Shown here in pieces: positions 26,180-39,300 of a stretch of 64,000 nt of DNA. The stretch comes from Anthoceros angustus. Taxonomy: Eukaryota > Plantae > Anthocerotophyta. Each line of letters starts with the position of its first letter. Position 1 is the first letter of the stretch. The position numbers were made by a program, and so were the translations under genes. The stretch is taken from assembly GCA_010909165.1 (NCBI GenBank), contig MU008211.1, positions 1-64,000 of the forward strand, given 5' to 3'. The notes under the pieces are model-generated. The model saw nothing but the letters and a program-made list of their open reading frames with translations, ran no database searches and was not told the origin of the DNA.

Positions 26180-28372
26180 AGGAGCTGCGCACCAACGCCA
26201 TGTTCTCGCCCGTGACCGGAGAAGCCGCTTTCATGTATATGTGGATGTGTCCGCCATGCTATTGGGACCGCCTTGAGTCGAAGATGAGAAGAAACGGATC
26301 ATCCGATTTTCTATGCGTAGACCTCACGGATGCCGAAAAGAACTACTCAACCACGGAGCGGAGGGTCTTGGTATCATTTACTGTAAGAAGTTTAGACACT
26401 ATCCGCTTGCTTGCAAGGTGACGCTTCATGTCATTTTATGCTGAAGTATCTTGTCAAGCCGATTTGTCGTGAAGGATTGCCGATGGGTACCATCAAGAAG
26501 TTTGACTACGACGAGAAACTAGTGGAAGCAACATCGTAATGCGATTTCATTTCTCGTCAAAACCGGAGAGCGACTTGAGGCCATGATGACCGATTTCGAC
26601 GAGGAGTTGGTTGCCACCCGGTCAAGGGGAGGACGTGAGCATGTTGTAGACGGCCTAAGAATTGATCAGCAAGTCTTATCAAGCAGAGGCCAACAGGAGA
26701 AGGATGGCGATGGGCGCAAGAGGAGGCTGAATGCTCAAGGGTGAGCAGAGGGCTGCAAGTGGAGGCCACGCTGGAAGCAAAAAAACGACATGAGAGCACC
26801 GCTTTTGAGCGAGAGGAAGGCCCACACTTGGCGAGGTCGCTGTGCGCCATGGGGCCGCGAGGAGGAGAAGGCCCTAGGGAGGTGGTGCGCAGAGGGCAAG
26901 GAAGGAGATCTTCATGACAAGTTTGAAGAAAATTGCAGAGGGAGTTGATTCATGGGCAATCACTCAAAGACCATGGAGGTGCAACAAGTCGAGGAGGTCG
27001 CCATGGAGCACGAGATGGACCTAGACGAGGCTAGACCAGCAGAATGGACAAATCACCGTTAATGAGGAGAGCATGGACGCCAGTCAAGGAACGCAAGATG
27101 GGCGGGAAGCTGGCGGGGATGGATACACGCCATCCGGAGCTACTAACGGACGTCCTAGGAGGAGGAGACGAGCGCACCGGAAGGAGGAGATTAGAACGTG
27201 AGGGGCGTTCATGCCCGATATTTGTTGAGCGGTGAAGTACGAAGTTCTCGGAGCATGGAATCATGCCGATGGTTTGTCCAAGGGAAGGCGGGCGGTTTTT
27301 CCATAAAGCCGCACTATTTAAGGAAGGCATCCCATAAAACTTGGGCCGGAGAGATCCGACTTGTCTCGGTTAAGGAGGCCGCTCACGGAGGCACATGCAA
27401 GAGGCAGGTGGACACTATTCGTGTGACCGTTAAGAAGATTTTGAATGCGTGGTTCGTGGGCTACGGCGATGGATGTGGAGTTCACCGAGGTGTGATGCGG
27501 TCGAGGGGCGCCTACGTTGTACACAATGGCCTCTTACCTACATCTTACCGCTAGCACTCCGAGAAGTGGGGAATCGATTTCAGACCAATCAAACCACCAA
27601 CGCAATGGACAAGGAAGCAGACATTTTGGTGGCTACGGATTATTGCACAAGATGGTGGAGGCACAAGAAGGAAGGACGACAGAGCAAAATTTTTATTCGA
27701 GAACATCATAACAAGGTATGGATGTCCTTTAGAGTTGGTTAGTGACCGGGGACACATTTCCTCAACTCGTGCTGAGTCCCTAACCACCTACTTCAACATT
27801 CATCGAAGACGACTACAACCCCAAAGGCGAATGGATTGAGAGAAGACGAAATGGGTTGCTCGGCACAATCCTCACCAAGGTAATCAGACACATGTATGAT
27901 TGGGATGCTAAGTTGCATTCAGTGGGCTTACAGATCATGGAGAAGGTAACCACCAAGAAGACCCTTATTATCTAACGATGGCATGTCACCGTGATGCCCG
28001 TGGAATTTGAAGTACCTACCACAGGATCATGGAGGATGAACGATGACCGAGGATAGCTGTAGCTAGACTAGAATCTTCATAGAGAGGAACGAGGGAGGAT
28101 GCTTTAGAAGAAACCCATGGATTCGTGAACTCAAAAGGACGCATGATGGGAGGTTGAGGAAGCAAGAGGCTATCGTGGACGGGATTTGGTTCTTCTATAT
28201 GATAGTCATACCTAGACTTTCCAAGCTTAGGCTAAGATGGATGGGACCACGAGGTAGTCGCAGATACGAGAATGGATCTGCAACCGGCATCGGGCGAATT
28301 ATTGCCGACAGAGTGAATGGGTGGAAGGTTAAGTACCTCAAGTACTGTTGTTTGCGAGGACGCAAACAGTGA
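26180..28372 (+). pseudogene. pol: Ty3/gypsy (non-chromovirus, Athila/Tat-like) RNase H and integrase, 5'-truncated and frameshifted
   Basis: FHVYVD...HPIFYA...LTDAEKNYSTTER; KEAAHGGTC; ILVATDYCTRW; KFIREHII..YGCPLELVSDRGTHF; YDWDAKLHS; VMPVEFEVP; KLRLRWMGP; RVNGWKVKY. Confidence 0.9.
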
Positions 28373-28383
28373 GGTGGGGAGTA
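28371..28383 (+). promoter_or_regulatory. Polypurine tract of the gypsy element
   Basis: GAGGTGGGGAGTA directly after the integrase stop and directly before TGTGAAC. Confidence 0.75.
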
Positions 28384-31300
28384 TGTGAACGAAAAGTTTG
28401 GGCAACCAGCCCAAAAGAGCCCAAGACGAACAAGTTTGATTTTTTTGGCTAAGAACGATTGAAGAGGAGCATGCCAGAAATCGAGAATCTTGAAGCTAGA
28501 GTAGGATATTGTTAGGAAGGCAAGGATATCCCAGAAGAAGAACGGGTCAAACGACCGCATTTAAGCGCGTGAGGGCAACCGAAAGGTTGGTAGGTCGGGC
28601 ATCACCGTAGGTCGCCACACCACCGTAGGTCGAGAAAGGGAGCATCACCATAAGTCGCGCATCACGGGTAGGTGACAATCTCCAAAAGGAAATTAGAATA
28701 GGGGATATCCACTATATATGCTCACCAATAGGGAATAAATATATAGAGTAATTAGTGATTAATTAGGATAGCGTGATAGGAAAATAGGTAGATAGATTAG
28801 GATTTTGGAATGATGAACCAATCTAGGGTTGTGGCCTGTGTGGGCCATCCAAGAGGCAAAGTGCGCGGCGCCAACTCTTCGAACCGAGGCACTCAAAGAT
28901 CAGACCGAGCCGGAGCTAAGAAGGAAAAAGGAAGCCGCCATCGCCGCCGCACGAGCAAGAAGAGCGCGGGGAGAAGGAACCCCATAGCGAGGAAGAGAAG
29001 AGGAGGCGAGCGCCCGAGAGGGAGTCGCCGGGAACCGTGGAGGAGAGTGCAGAGCGGAGCGCCAAGAGCAAGACCGAGGCTGAGGCGCAGGGAATTGAAG
29101 GGAAGAGATACCCACGGCGCGCGCCCCGAAGAGGATCAGAGGAATTGGCGGCAGCCGAATCAAGTGCTAAGTGAACAGTGTGTGGGTTTGCCGCCAAGGA
29201 GAGGAGTTTGAGAAGTGAGACCAACCAAATTGGAAGTAATTCTCCTTGCGGAGAAGACGCACCATGCCTCGAAAGGCAAGGGAAGGAGCCGCAAAGGGTT
29301 CTCCTCGCGAGGAGAAAGGAAAGAAGAGCCGCGCCAGTGAGGGAGGTGAACTTGTGATGCCCCAATTCACTTGTTTTGGGCAGCCAACCCCGAGATTTAG
29401 TGATTTCAAAGGCGTAGGAGGAGAACATCCAATTGATGGGTGTATGGCCGCCAATGGGCCTACACCAATTTGGAATTGATTGAGGAGTGTTACATCAACC
29501 TCCATCAATCGAAGCCCTGCCGGGAGAGGAATGCTCGAACGGATCCGCTGGACCGTAAGTATTCGTGTGTATGGAAGACCGAGGAGGAGAGCTCGAATTG
29601 CTCCTCGAAAGGTCAATGGAGGAAGAGGATCTCGACATTCCCGCAGGAGTTCCTCGACATGATGGATGGAGGAGTGAAGGCCCACGCCAAGAATGGTCGG
29701 AAGACCGAGAGCATCAAGGAGTCAAGTGGAGGCTCTTCAAAGATTGTGCTGGGTTGGTAAATTACCAACGACTCTATTTCAGACCAACTTCCTCCAATTT
29801 TGTGGAAGATTTCCATGGGAGCCGATTGGGGACCATCATGTATGAAGGCATACATCCACCACCGAGAGAAGCTCCTCAAGCCAAATTCGTGGATGAGGAA
29901 GGCCAAGGCCCTACCTTAGCACCTATTTGGTGCATTTATGGGGAAACCGAGGACTCTCACAAGCAAGGAGTTGAAGATGCATGGCATCCTTTGAGATCAT
30001 CCATCTCCACCGAGGTTGGAAAGGCCTTGCCTTTGCATTGAGGGAAGACGGGAGGTCGACTCCACATGAGGGCAAGAGATGAGGCAACGCCGAGTGGGGA
30101 ATCCTTTCCCAGAGCAAGCAAGGGGAGAGGAAAGAACCGCCGAGGAAGGCCGAATGGTCTATGAGAGGAGGACTACCACAGGAGGGGTGATAAAGGGGTG
30201 GGGAGTCCCCACCATCTCCTTTGTGCCTAGAGAGGCACCCCGTGCCTCACTCCTGAGGGAGGCGCCCACCCAAGGGGCAGCCACACTAGGGGCACCACCA
30301 TGGTAGGTAGGCGCATCACTGGGGGGCAGCACCAGGTGTGCACCCCACGCCAGCAGCCTCACGTAGGGAAGGGAAGGAGAAGCAAGGCCGCGGGCGCGCC
30401 GAGGCCACGCCTGTGGGAGAGCGGATGGAGCGATGAGGGGGACCCACGCTGCGATGGCCCGGGCGTGAGAGCTGGAGATTTCAAGAAGAGAAGGGGTGGA
30501 ATTAGGACCCCTAGGAGAATTGGCCGAGTGCTTGTGAAGCACTCACTGTGGATTTGAAGGCTAGGACTAGCAGCCCTTGTGGGCAAGCAAGAGGAAGTGA
30601 AAGCCCAAGACATGGCCGGAGGAAGGGACCAAATGGCAATTGGAGGCCATGGAGTCCGATGAAAGGCAGCCAAGCCGAAAAGGTCAGGAGAAGCTCCAAC
30701 GCGACCTCATGGATGAGCAAGGAAGAAGGTCCTGAGGGAAGGTTGTCGCAGTCAAGAAAGAGCCATTCGGGCAACAACCCAACGGGATTCATGGAGATGT
30801 ATATGAGGAGCATTTTGCCCAATTAGAGCAAGCGAAGGGCAAAACAGAGGCTCGGAAGGGAGAAGGTAGGTCCAAAGAATGGACGCAAGAAGAAGTGATG
30901 GCTACCCAAGCCATCAAGATCCGGACATGGAAGAGGAATTGAGAAGACGTAATTTGGAAGAGAAGCGTGAGCTAAGCTCAAGACAAGACCAAGAAAGAGT
31001 TGAGGGGAGGCAAGTGGAGAAGGAGGCTAAGCAATTAATGGAACAAAGGAGGTTCCAAGAGGAGGAGCACCACAAGAAGGTGGTGCATAGATGCCGGAGG
31101 AAGAGATTTTGGGCGATTATGCCCTTCGTGCAAAATTGGCCAACCAGGGAAGTGAGGGAGGAGAATGTGACCTCCATGTCAAGGTGGGGAATTGACCACC
31201 TCAAGGGACGCCTACAAAGGTAGGTGTGAAGATGGAGAGTGGCCCACGAGATTGATGATCTCCAAATGCAATATCATAGCTCACCTCCACAATAGATTTT

Positions 31301-33079
31301 GAAGGCCAACAATCTGCTTGGCCAAGAGGAGGACATTGGGTCCTCATGATGATGATGAAGGAGCTGCAACAGCAGAGGCCTCCGATTTTGATGAGGCCAT
31401 CAAATGGACTCCGAGGAACTGAGGAGTCGGAGATGAGAGCCAAAGCGCCAAAGGGGTGGAAGAGAGAGCAAGGAGGGGGAAAGCCCACCTCCGGGGTCAA
31501 CCTACCACAGGTGACCACCTACCACGGTAGTCCGCCACTACCGTGAGACACACCACGCCGTAGTCCGCATCACCGGTAGGGCAGTGTGCGCGCGAGAGCC
31601 TGTTGGGAGCCGCCAAGGCCCGGCCGAGGATGAAGGAGCCGGGGTCCGAGTATACCCCTGAGGAGCAGGTGGTGGGGAGACAACCCCACCGGAGGAGACT
31701 AAGGACGGGTCCCCACCCGCCGAGGAAGGGGAGGGTGAGAAGTTCCCCGCCACGAAGGGGAGGAGCCAGTGGAGGAGACCAACGCAAAAGGCCCGGAGTT
31801 AGAGATCACAATGGGGAAGACTTTGAAGACATGCTCTATGATAGGTATGGACAAACCAAACAAAGAAGGAAGGAGCAGAGATCACCCAAGAGACATCACC
31901 GATGGAGAGGAAGAGAAGAAGGAGAAGGACCGACCATGGTAGGAACCACCCGTAGTCCGCCACCACCGCGTAGGGTGCGATGAACGGGCGCCAAAGCGGT
32001 GGAGAGAAAAGGCCAGCGCGAGGGGCGATGATGGAAGAGAAACAGGCGCCGCTGGAGATGGAGGAAGGGCAGATTGTACTTGCCCCACACATTAGGAAGG
32101 CGACAAGATCCGGGGAAGAGCAAAAGGAGGGCGAGGGAGCCAATCCACAAGACGTCCAAACCCAAGATAAGACTAGAATGGTCAATGACCATAAATGAGC
32201 TTAGGGAAGAATAGAAGGAGTGTAGACCCGACATCCTTAAGGATGATCTTAGGTGAAGTTACTAGAATAGAATTTACCAAGATAAAGAGACTAGATGCCG
32301 TGCATTAAATGTCAGTAGGAAATAATAGAAAATTGGAAAAGGTGACCAGAGGGTCACCTAAGGGAGGTTGTATGTGGAAGGCCTCCTATAAGAGGAGGAG
32401 GATTTCACAAAGTAAAGTATCATGTCTTGCGCCCACCGAGTCCTTTGCCATTACAGAGGAATTTCGTGTCACCGTGAGCCAACGCAGTCTGTAGAGAGGA
32501 AGTCATGTGGTGAGTGCTTGGTGGAGGACTTGCAAGTGCCTAAACGAGTTGCTCTTGTGAATGGTTGTTGTGAAATTGCTTTGCTTTGGGTGTGGCAATG
32601 CCTGTGAAACTCGGCTTGAGGGTTGAGACAGGAAAGACTCCCTTGGGGTGTCAAACTCATAGCAACCGCCCAAGGAAGAACTTGCCGGTGGAGGCCGACC
32701 TGTGCCAGAAGGGCGAGTAAACCAAGAAGCCCGAATCGAGGTTAGAATAGGAGGAAGAGGATGAGAAGATGAGTAGAGGATTAGAGGTGTAGGTGTTAGT
32801 GGAAGGCAGAGCCTAAGGGACGAATCCCAACTGCAAGTAAAAGAGCGCCCCGAGTGGAGAAGAGTGGTCTTAGAAGTAGGGACGAAATCGCGGTGTGGAC
32901 TGGGGTCCCTGGCGCCCGTGATAGGCTCGCCGAGGCGTGGACCCGCAATTGTTTGTGTCGCTGTAGGTCGAGGATTGGCGATTTTTCAGCAAGGCGGTGC
33001 CGTGAAGAGGAGAGTAGAGGGCGCCTTGCTTGTTTAGAAGGTCGAGAAGTGTGTCACCGCAGTAGCGACGGGCATCACA
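28384..33079 (+). mobile_element. Putative very long (about 4.7 kb) gypsy 3' LTR
   Basis: Starts TGTGA right after the PPT and ends TCACA at 33079, where an unrelated repeat begins. TATA-like CCTATAAGAG at about 32386. No second LTR is available in the window to confirm. Confidence 0.55.
29264..32198 (+). pseudogene. Long frameshifted accessory ORF inside the putative LTR (Athila env-like / plant transposon protein-like N-terminus, charged and coiled-coil C-terminus)
   Basis: Starts MPRKAREG; WAYTNLELIEECYINL resembles the Y..LV.EFYAN motif; ...GTIMYEG...; E/R/K-rich 30879..31223 (EEELRRRNLEEKRE); SP/R-rich tail. Confidence 0.45.
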
Positions 33080-35127
33080 AGACCTCGATTTTTCACATGA
33101 GTCTCATGGGACGAAACCCAACGGGTGACAAAGTGGGATATGTGGCCGCATAGTGAGGACCTCTGAGTGCCCCGGCTTTTCCTCACCACACTTTCTTTCT
33201 TGGTAAGGGTAGCTTGTAATGGGGTTGATATTAGACCATGAGCACACCCATGATCCCGCGAGGGATTGTGAGCATCGGGTTGCATCATTTTGGCGTGAAA
33301 CGCAAAAGGCTATCTTGAGCATGCCTTGCCATCCTCGCTATGACGCTGGCCGGTTGCATTCTCCTCAGGTGGAGCGATACCATTCTTTCGAGAGATATTC
33401 ACCTTATTCGCTGCCTCGTGTCTGCAAGTCTGTTGCTTATAATAATGCACTCTTGGCCTTGAGCTCATTAATGTATGTCCCTTGCTCTTGAGCTCATACC
33501 ACTACTACAAAACATATGGCTTTTTAACGCAAAATATAATGTAACAATGACGCATAGTGGCCTGGAATCACGTGTGGTCCTTTTAGCCAAAGCGTTATAA
33601 AATACATTATAATGAACTCGATATTCCTTACTTTTTAACGGCAACCGGTTGCCATGGAATGGCGCGGGTGGGCAAGTTATCTCAGCCGTATGCCTATAAC
33701 CGGTATGGTATGGCGCCACGGGTCCCTGTTGCCACCGTGGCCCGTCAGGCCTGGGCGTTCGTGAGGCACCGGCCGCCCGACTCATATAGAATCTCGGGTC
33801 ACCGGGCACCCGTTTCTTCGCTACGGCGGTTGAATTCAAAAGTCGGCTTCTTGGTAAGAGCGTATTTGATCGCCCCGGGTTTGACCGTCCAACAACATGA
33901 TGTCAGGCGGCTGTTCATTGGTGCGCAAACACACTCCATGATGGGCCTTGATTGGTGAAATAGATCAGAAAATGGTGGATGTTCATTGGTGCCGCATACC
34001 AATTACGATGCGACAATACCCTAGTTGGCTTTACACCGCGAAAACCATGCCCTTCACGCTTCAAGACTGTACTGATTGAATGTGTCTGACGATGCTTTCA
34101 ACCGGATTTGAAATTTGAACGGGTTTCTACAAGCTCATTTATGCATTGATTAAACTATAATATTTGTTTAGGGTACTGTAATTAATAATTACATGAAATC
34201 GTGATTACGGTAAAACCGTACACGCCCGCACTAATCCACGCTCACTAGTTCTATGCATACCGAGAAAGCAGAAATGGTGGCTCTGCCCCCTTCGACCTCT
34301 TCATGCGGCCCTGCCCTCCTTCCCTCCCATCACGCTTGCGCGACTTTGGTTACCTCCTTCCAAGCGGCACAGTGGTGCATTGGCATCCCCTCGGTCATTG
34401 ACATCCCCTTCGAAACAGATGTTGACATGGATGGCGAGCGCAAGCGACTTTAAATTACGCTCAAGTTCTAACGAATGGATGTAAGTATGCTAGCATGTCA
34501 TCACTCCTTACTTCCTCCGCCTTTCTCAGTATCGATGCCCCTCACATTCGTGCAAGGGGAATCAAGCATCGCACTGCACATGCCCCAAACTAGATATCGA
34601 TATGACCTCAAAATACTAAGCTTCTCCACGACTTCATAGTGACAGAAATTAAAGCTGCGCATATGATGGTCTCACTCAACGCCATGCTCAATTGATTTTT
34701 CGCCTCCCCAACCCCAAGCAAGATTGCCTACCTTTCCTCATCGCACTCCGTGTGATCCGCTTGTTAGGATCGTGGTGGAGGAGATGGAGTCCGTCGTGTG
34801 TCCAACTCCTCAGCACCTAGTTCGTCATCCGAATGGGAAGCCAGCTCCGAAGGCGCATCGCAAGTCCAATGAGTAGACTCATGCATGAGCACATAGGCGA
34901 GCCAACGGATTGCATTAAACATGAAACGGTGATTGCTTACTTCCACACCTTCGCTAGAGAGGCCGGAAAGCTTCAATGTCTTCCATTCCATGCTCCACCG
35001 CCCACGCTTCAACATGTGTGGGCATCTTGTGAACTTGTGGTAAAAACTTCAAGTCCGTGGCCCCCTCGTCCATAGGGGTTGCACTGCACCTTCATACTTA
35101 GCCACCCGGCCTCTGTCCTTCATTTGT

Positions 35128-36350
35128 TGTGCCTTGGCCACTCACCGTTGTTTTGATCAAGCACACCGCTGCAAGATTGAGCACTCCACGCCTCTTTGGA
35201 CACATTACAGGCGCAAATGTTTTCGTAATCACCACGTCTCCAAAATCCGTGCCTAACTTCACCACTAGGCGGAATGAATTTTGGTCAGAGACGTGGGAGA
35301 ATTGCTTGTTGATGAAATCTCGGTTAATAGCTGGAAAACTCTCCGAATGATGTCAACGAGTTACATGTAGCTCCGGTGAATGCTCCGACCATGGTTTCAA
35401 AGTCATACGTGTGTGCACTAGCTCGAGACTCGTTTAAAACCGCCTTGCTCCATGATCAACTTCCCAAACATATCATCCCTAGCTACTTTGCGGGCATCCT
35501 CACTACACACCCGTCGCCTCCGCCAAAACCGTGGCCCTCCCATGCAATTTCACACAAGTCACAGCACATCTTCAAGGTGTGCACTCGTGAGAGACACCGC
35601 CAGTGTGTGCACTCTCCCCTCTGCCGACTTGACTGCCATTAGGAGGAGGCGTTGCTTCCACATGTGTTCAAATGTCCGGGCTCAAACTCGGTGCCCATAG
35701 CTCCCTCCGACCAAACCATCCAACCTTGGTGTCGCCCGGCACTCCTGGTCGTCTCTGCGTGTGCCTTGGCCACTCACCGTTGTTTTGATCAAGCACCGCA
35801 CACCGAATTGAACACTCGCTCCACGCCTCTTTGGACACATTACAGGCAAATGTTTTCGTAATCACCACGCCTCCGCAATCAGCCTAACTTCACCGCTGGC
35901 GGAATGAATTTTGGTCCGAGACCGGGAGAATTGCTTGTTGATGAAATCTAGTAATCAAGCTGGAAAACTCTCGAATGATGTCAACGAGTTAGCCTCGGTG
36001 AATGCTCCGACCATGGTTTCAGAAAGTCATACGTGTGTGCACTCAGACTCGTTCAAAGACGCCTTGCGCCAACCAACTTCCCAAACATATCATCCCTAGC
36101 TACTTTGCGGGCATGTCGCATCCTCACTACACACCCGTCCTCCGCCAAAACCGTGGCCCTCCCATGCAATTTCACACAAGTCCCGAGCACATCTTCAAGC
36201 ACTCGTGAGGACCGCCATTGGTGTGTGCACTCTCCCTCCCCTTCACCGCCATTAGGGAGGAACGTTGCTTCCACATGTGTTCAAATGTCCGGGCTCAAAC
36301 TCGGTGCCCATAGCTCCCTCCACGACCAAACCATCCAACCTTGGTGTCGC
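35128..36350. repeat. Tandem direct duplication of about 620 bp (35128-35735 and 35761-36350)
   Basis: Both units start GTGCCTTGGCCACTCACCGTTGTTTTGATCAAGCAC and end CAAACCATCCAACCTTGGTGTCGC. Confidence 0.9.
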
Positions 36351-39300
36351 AGACAACCAGCCTCCTCCTGCGGCGTCTTGACCCGCATGGACCGCAATCA
36401 TCGAGGTGCACCCGACCTCCTCCTGATTCTCCACCCATGATAGGAGCCCTCCTCCGATCTCCACCCACTCATGGGCCATGTCCGATTAGACGAAATCCCT
36501 ACAAGATACCACACAAACCAGGAGAAAAATGATTGTGTGTTGCTCAAGAAGAGGTAGTAGTCACAAATGAGAGAGATGCCTCACAATTGAGCCTCCGTGG
36601 GAGGCGATGAATGACAATTGTGGTGCCACCTATGACGCATCTTGCATTGTCCGTCTCCCCATTTGTATGAGTGCCCGTGGCAAATCCCTCTTGGAACCCG
36701 ATCAGGCCATGTTTTGACCCCAATCCCGACGCCACGCCCACCTTAACCCCTTCTCCACTTCGCGCTAGTTTCTCTTCACAGCGCTCATCGCCCAAAGACA
36801 CAACACGCTCAGCCCCTCGCAAAGACACAACACGCCAAGTCGAACATTCATGGTTAGAACCGCCTCGGTTGCACGTACTCCCCACACGCCATCTGTCATG
36901 GGCACGATTCGAAAAGCCACACCGCAAATTTCCGCCCAGCTTCATTGCGACATCCGCGGCGTTCATCGCGCCTCCCTATCCGCTTTGTTTGCCCGCCGCC
37001 TAAGGCTATCGCGTTCTTCCTATCGCGTTCCTCCCTATCCGCTTGTTTTGCCTGCCGCATGGGTGCACTCAGCATATCGACATCAAGCATTGCACCATCC
37101 TTTTCCCTCCTGCATCGATCGCGCAAATGTGTACATGACATGATCCGGACAAAGGCCGCCATACGCCGGCCGTGGTGCATCGGCAAATAACGCCTTCGCG
37201 TGGTACTTTCACGTTTTGGCGGCCACCATCAACCCTATGCCGACTACAAATCGCTCGCCATGACCGTGGTGATGGCAATCGATTTGACCGTTTGGGTGCC
37301 TCCTTGACCAAGGCGAAACGCGATTATATAATCCCAGAACTACTTAGTTTAGGTATATCCACTCCTTGTGATTTTCCTTGACCACTCATCACACCGCTTG
37401 ACAACTCGAGGCGTCCTCTTGCATGCGCGATGCCTTCGCTCCAGCTTGCACATGCTTTGAGCACGCCATGGCGAACTCCCACGCGAGTTCCTGACACGTG
37501 GCGCTATCCCAATGGTAACCCGTTTCCCATAAGAAGGATGCATCGACCCCTCTTTTCCAAGCATTCACCGCCTCTCTCTGCGATTTTCTCGGCTTCGGAG
37601 GTGTGGAATTTGGGCACGTCTTCTCACGCGTGCTCCCAATTGGCTGCCCAGTCGAGTTTGGGAGTTTGCTTGTTGCCACTTTGTTGTCACTTGTTGCGCC
37701 ACCACAACTTAAATTGCTTTGGCTTGTAATGTGTAGGGTCGCGATTAACGGAGGACCATGGCTCACGAATTGGGGCCAACATCCTGGATACCCTCCACAT
37801 TACGAGAACGACCAGCATGAGCCCTCATCGACGCCGGGCTCCCTCTCGCACCTTTCTCCGGGCGCTGATGGCTCTCAACAAGCACCGATAAGCTTGAGCG
37901 TGTGAAGACGAGGAGATGTTTGAAAGGCGGACAAGTGTGTCCGAGGGTGAGGCCCATGGGGGTGGATTTCAAGGCACCGCCTTCTCTGGCCGAACTGGAA
38001 AAAGCCTTGGGCATCGAAGAGACCGGGATAGAGCGTGTGAAGGACGATGGCATTCACACACGCCGCAAGCAAGGACCGCACCGCCTTCGGATTCGTGTAG
38101 AGCATTAGTGCCGTATGTGCCCATGGACATAGACAACGGGTTTAGGTAGGGGTTTGCATGTGGTATGATGCCATGTTTTGTTTTTAATGGTCGAACATGA
38201 GCCGTTGGCGTGTATGGGCGGAGGTTAAAATGCACCCCTACATATATTTTGTCATTAAACCGCCTCTAGGAAACCCTTGCCACGAAACCCTCCAATATGA
38301 AATGGCAACAAAGGTGTGTGCCACATCCTCGAAACCCCGAAATAGCGGACATCGGCGTGCAGGCCTTGTGCATCTCGGCATTCCCGTGGCTACTAGGCCA
38401 GGAAGCGTAATGGTGGTCCGCAAAGATCGGCACGCAATTTAGGTTGTGACATGAGTCCAATTGAGTCGGTCCGTAATTAATGATCCCATTCCACAAAGAA
38501 ACATATTTTGACCCATTTATAATTATGTATTTACCCGGTTGCTGGGACCCCACTAGTCGGCATGCCGCTTTTTCCCTTAGTCGACTTGAACTATCCCACC
38601 TAGCATGTATTGGTGTGCATATCATCCATTGTCATTGCTCACCCATGACGTCCGATGGGCGAATGCCCGAGTGACGTGTTCGGAAATGTATACGGTCCAC
38701 GTGATCCCACTGTATCTCGCAAGGCGTCTTGTATCCACCGACCGTAATCACTGTAATCATGGACCATTGAGGGCGGGTCATGTGTTGGGTCACACTCGTA
38801 CTCGTGATCACATCACGCGTCTCAGCAATGATGATGCAGGACCACTGCCATTGCGCTCCATCGCCGGTGCAAGCAATGTCCGGAGTGGTGGGTTGGATGT
38901 GCATCGAGGTTGGGGCAAGGCATGGTGGGGTGGAGCCAAGGAATTGGGCATGTTGTGGCCGATGTGGTAGAGCAGCGAGGAGTCACACATCTCTTGAACA
39001 TCCCAATTGTTGCTTGAGGTGGGACCCGATGAGCAAGATGTTTTTGTCCCGCCATTCAGCCGGAAGTTTGGCGTAGTTATCGACTGGAGCCACCTTTGAG
39101 GCGGGACCCGAGGCCAAGGCATCGGGCACGTGCGGCCGGTTGGAGACCATGCGGGTGAAGGAAGCCTACTTGACCTGGCGGGAGATCCAGGACCTCGGGC
39201 TCACAGTGGGGCCAAAAATTCAGTTCTCTGTTGGCCCATGGGATCCCAAAAGCGTCTGGTTGTGTGGGAGGACCCTCTCCCTCCATGAATTCATCAGGCG

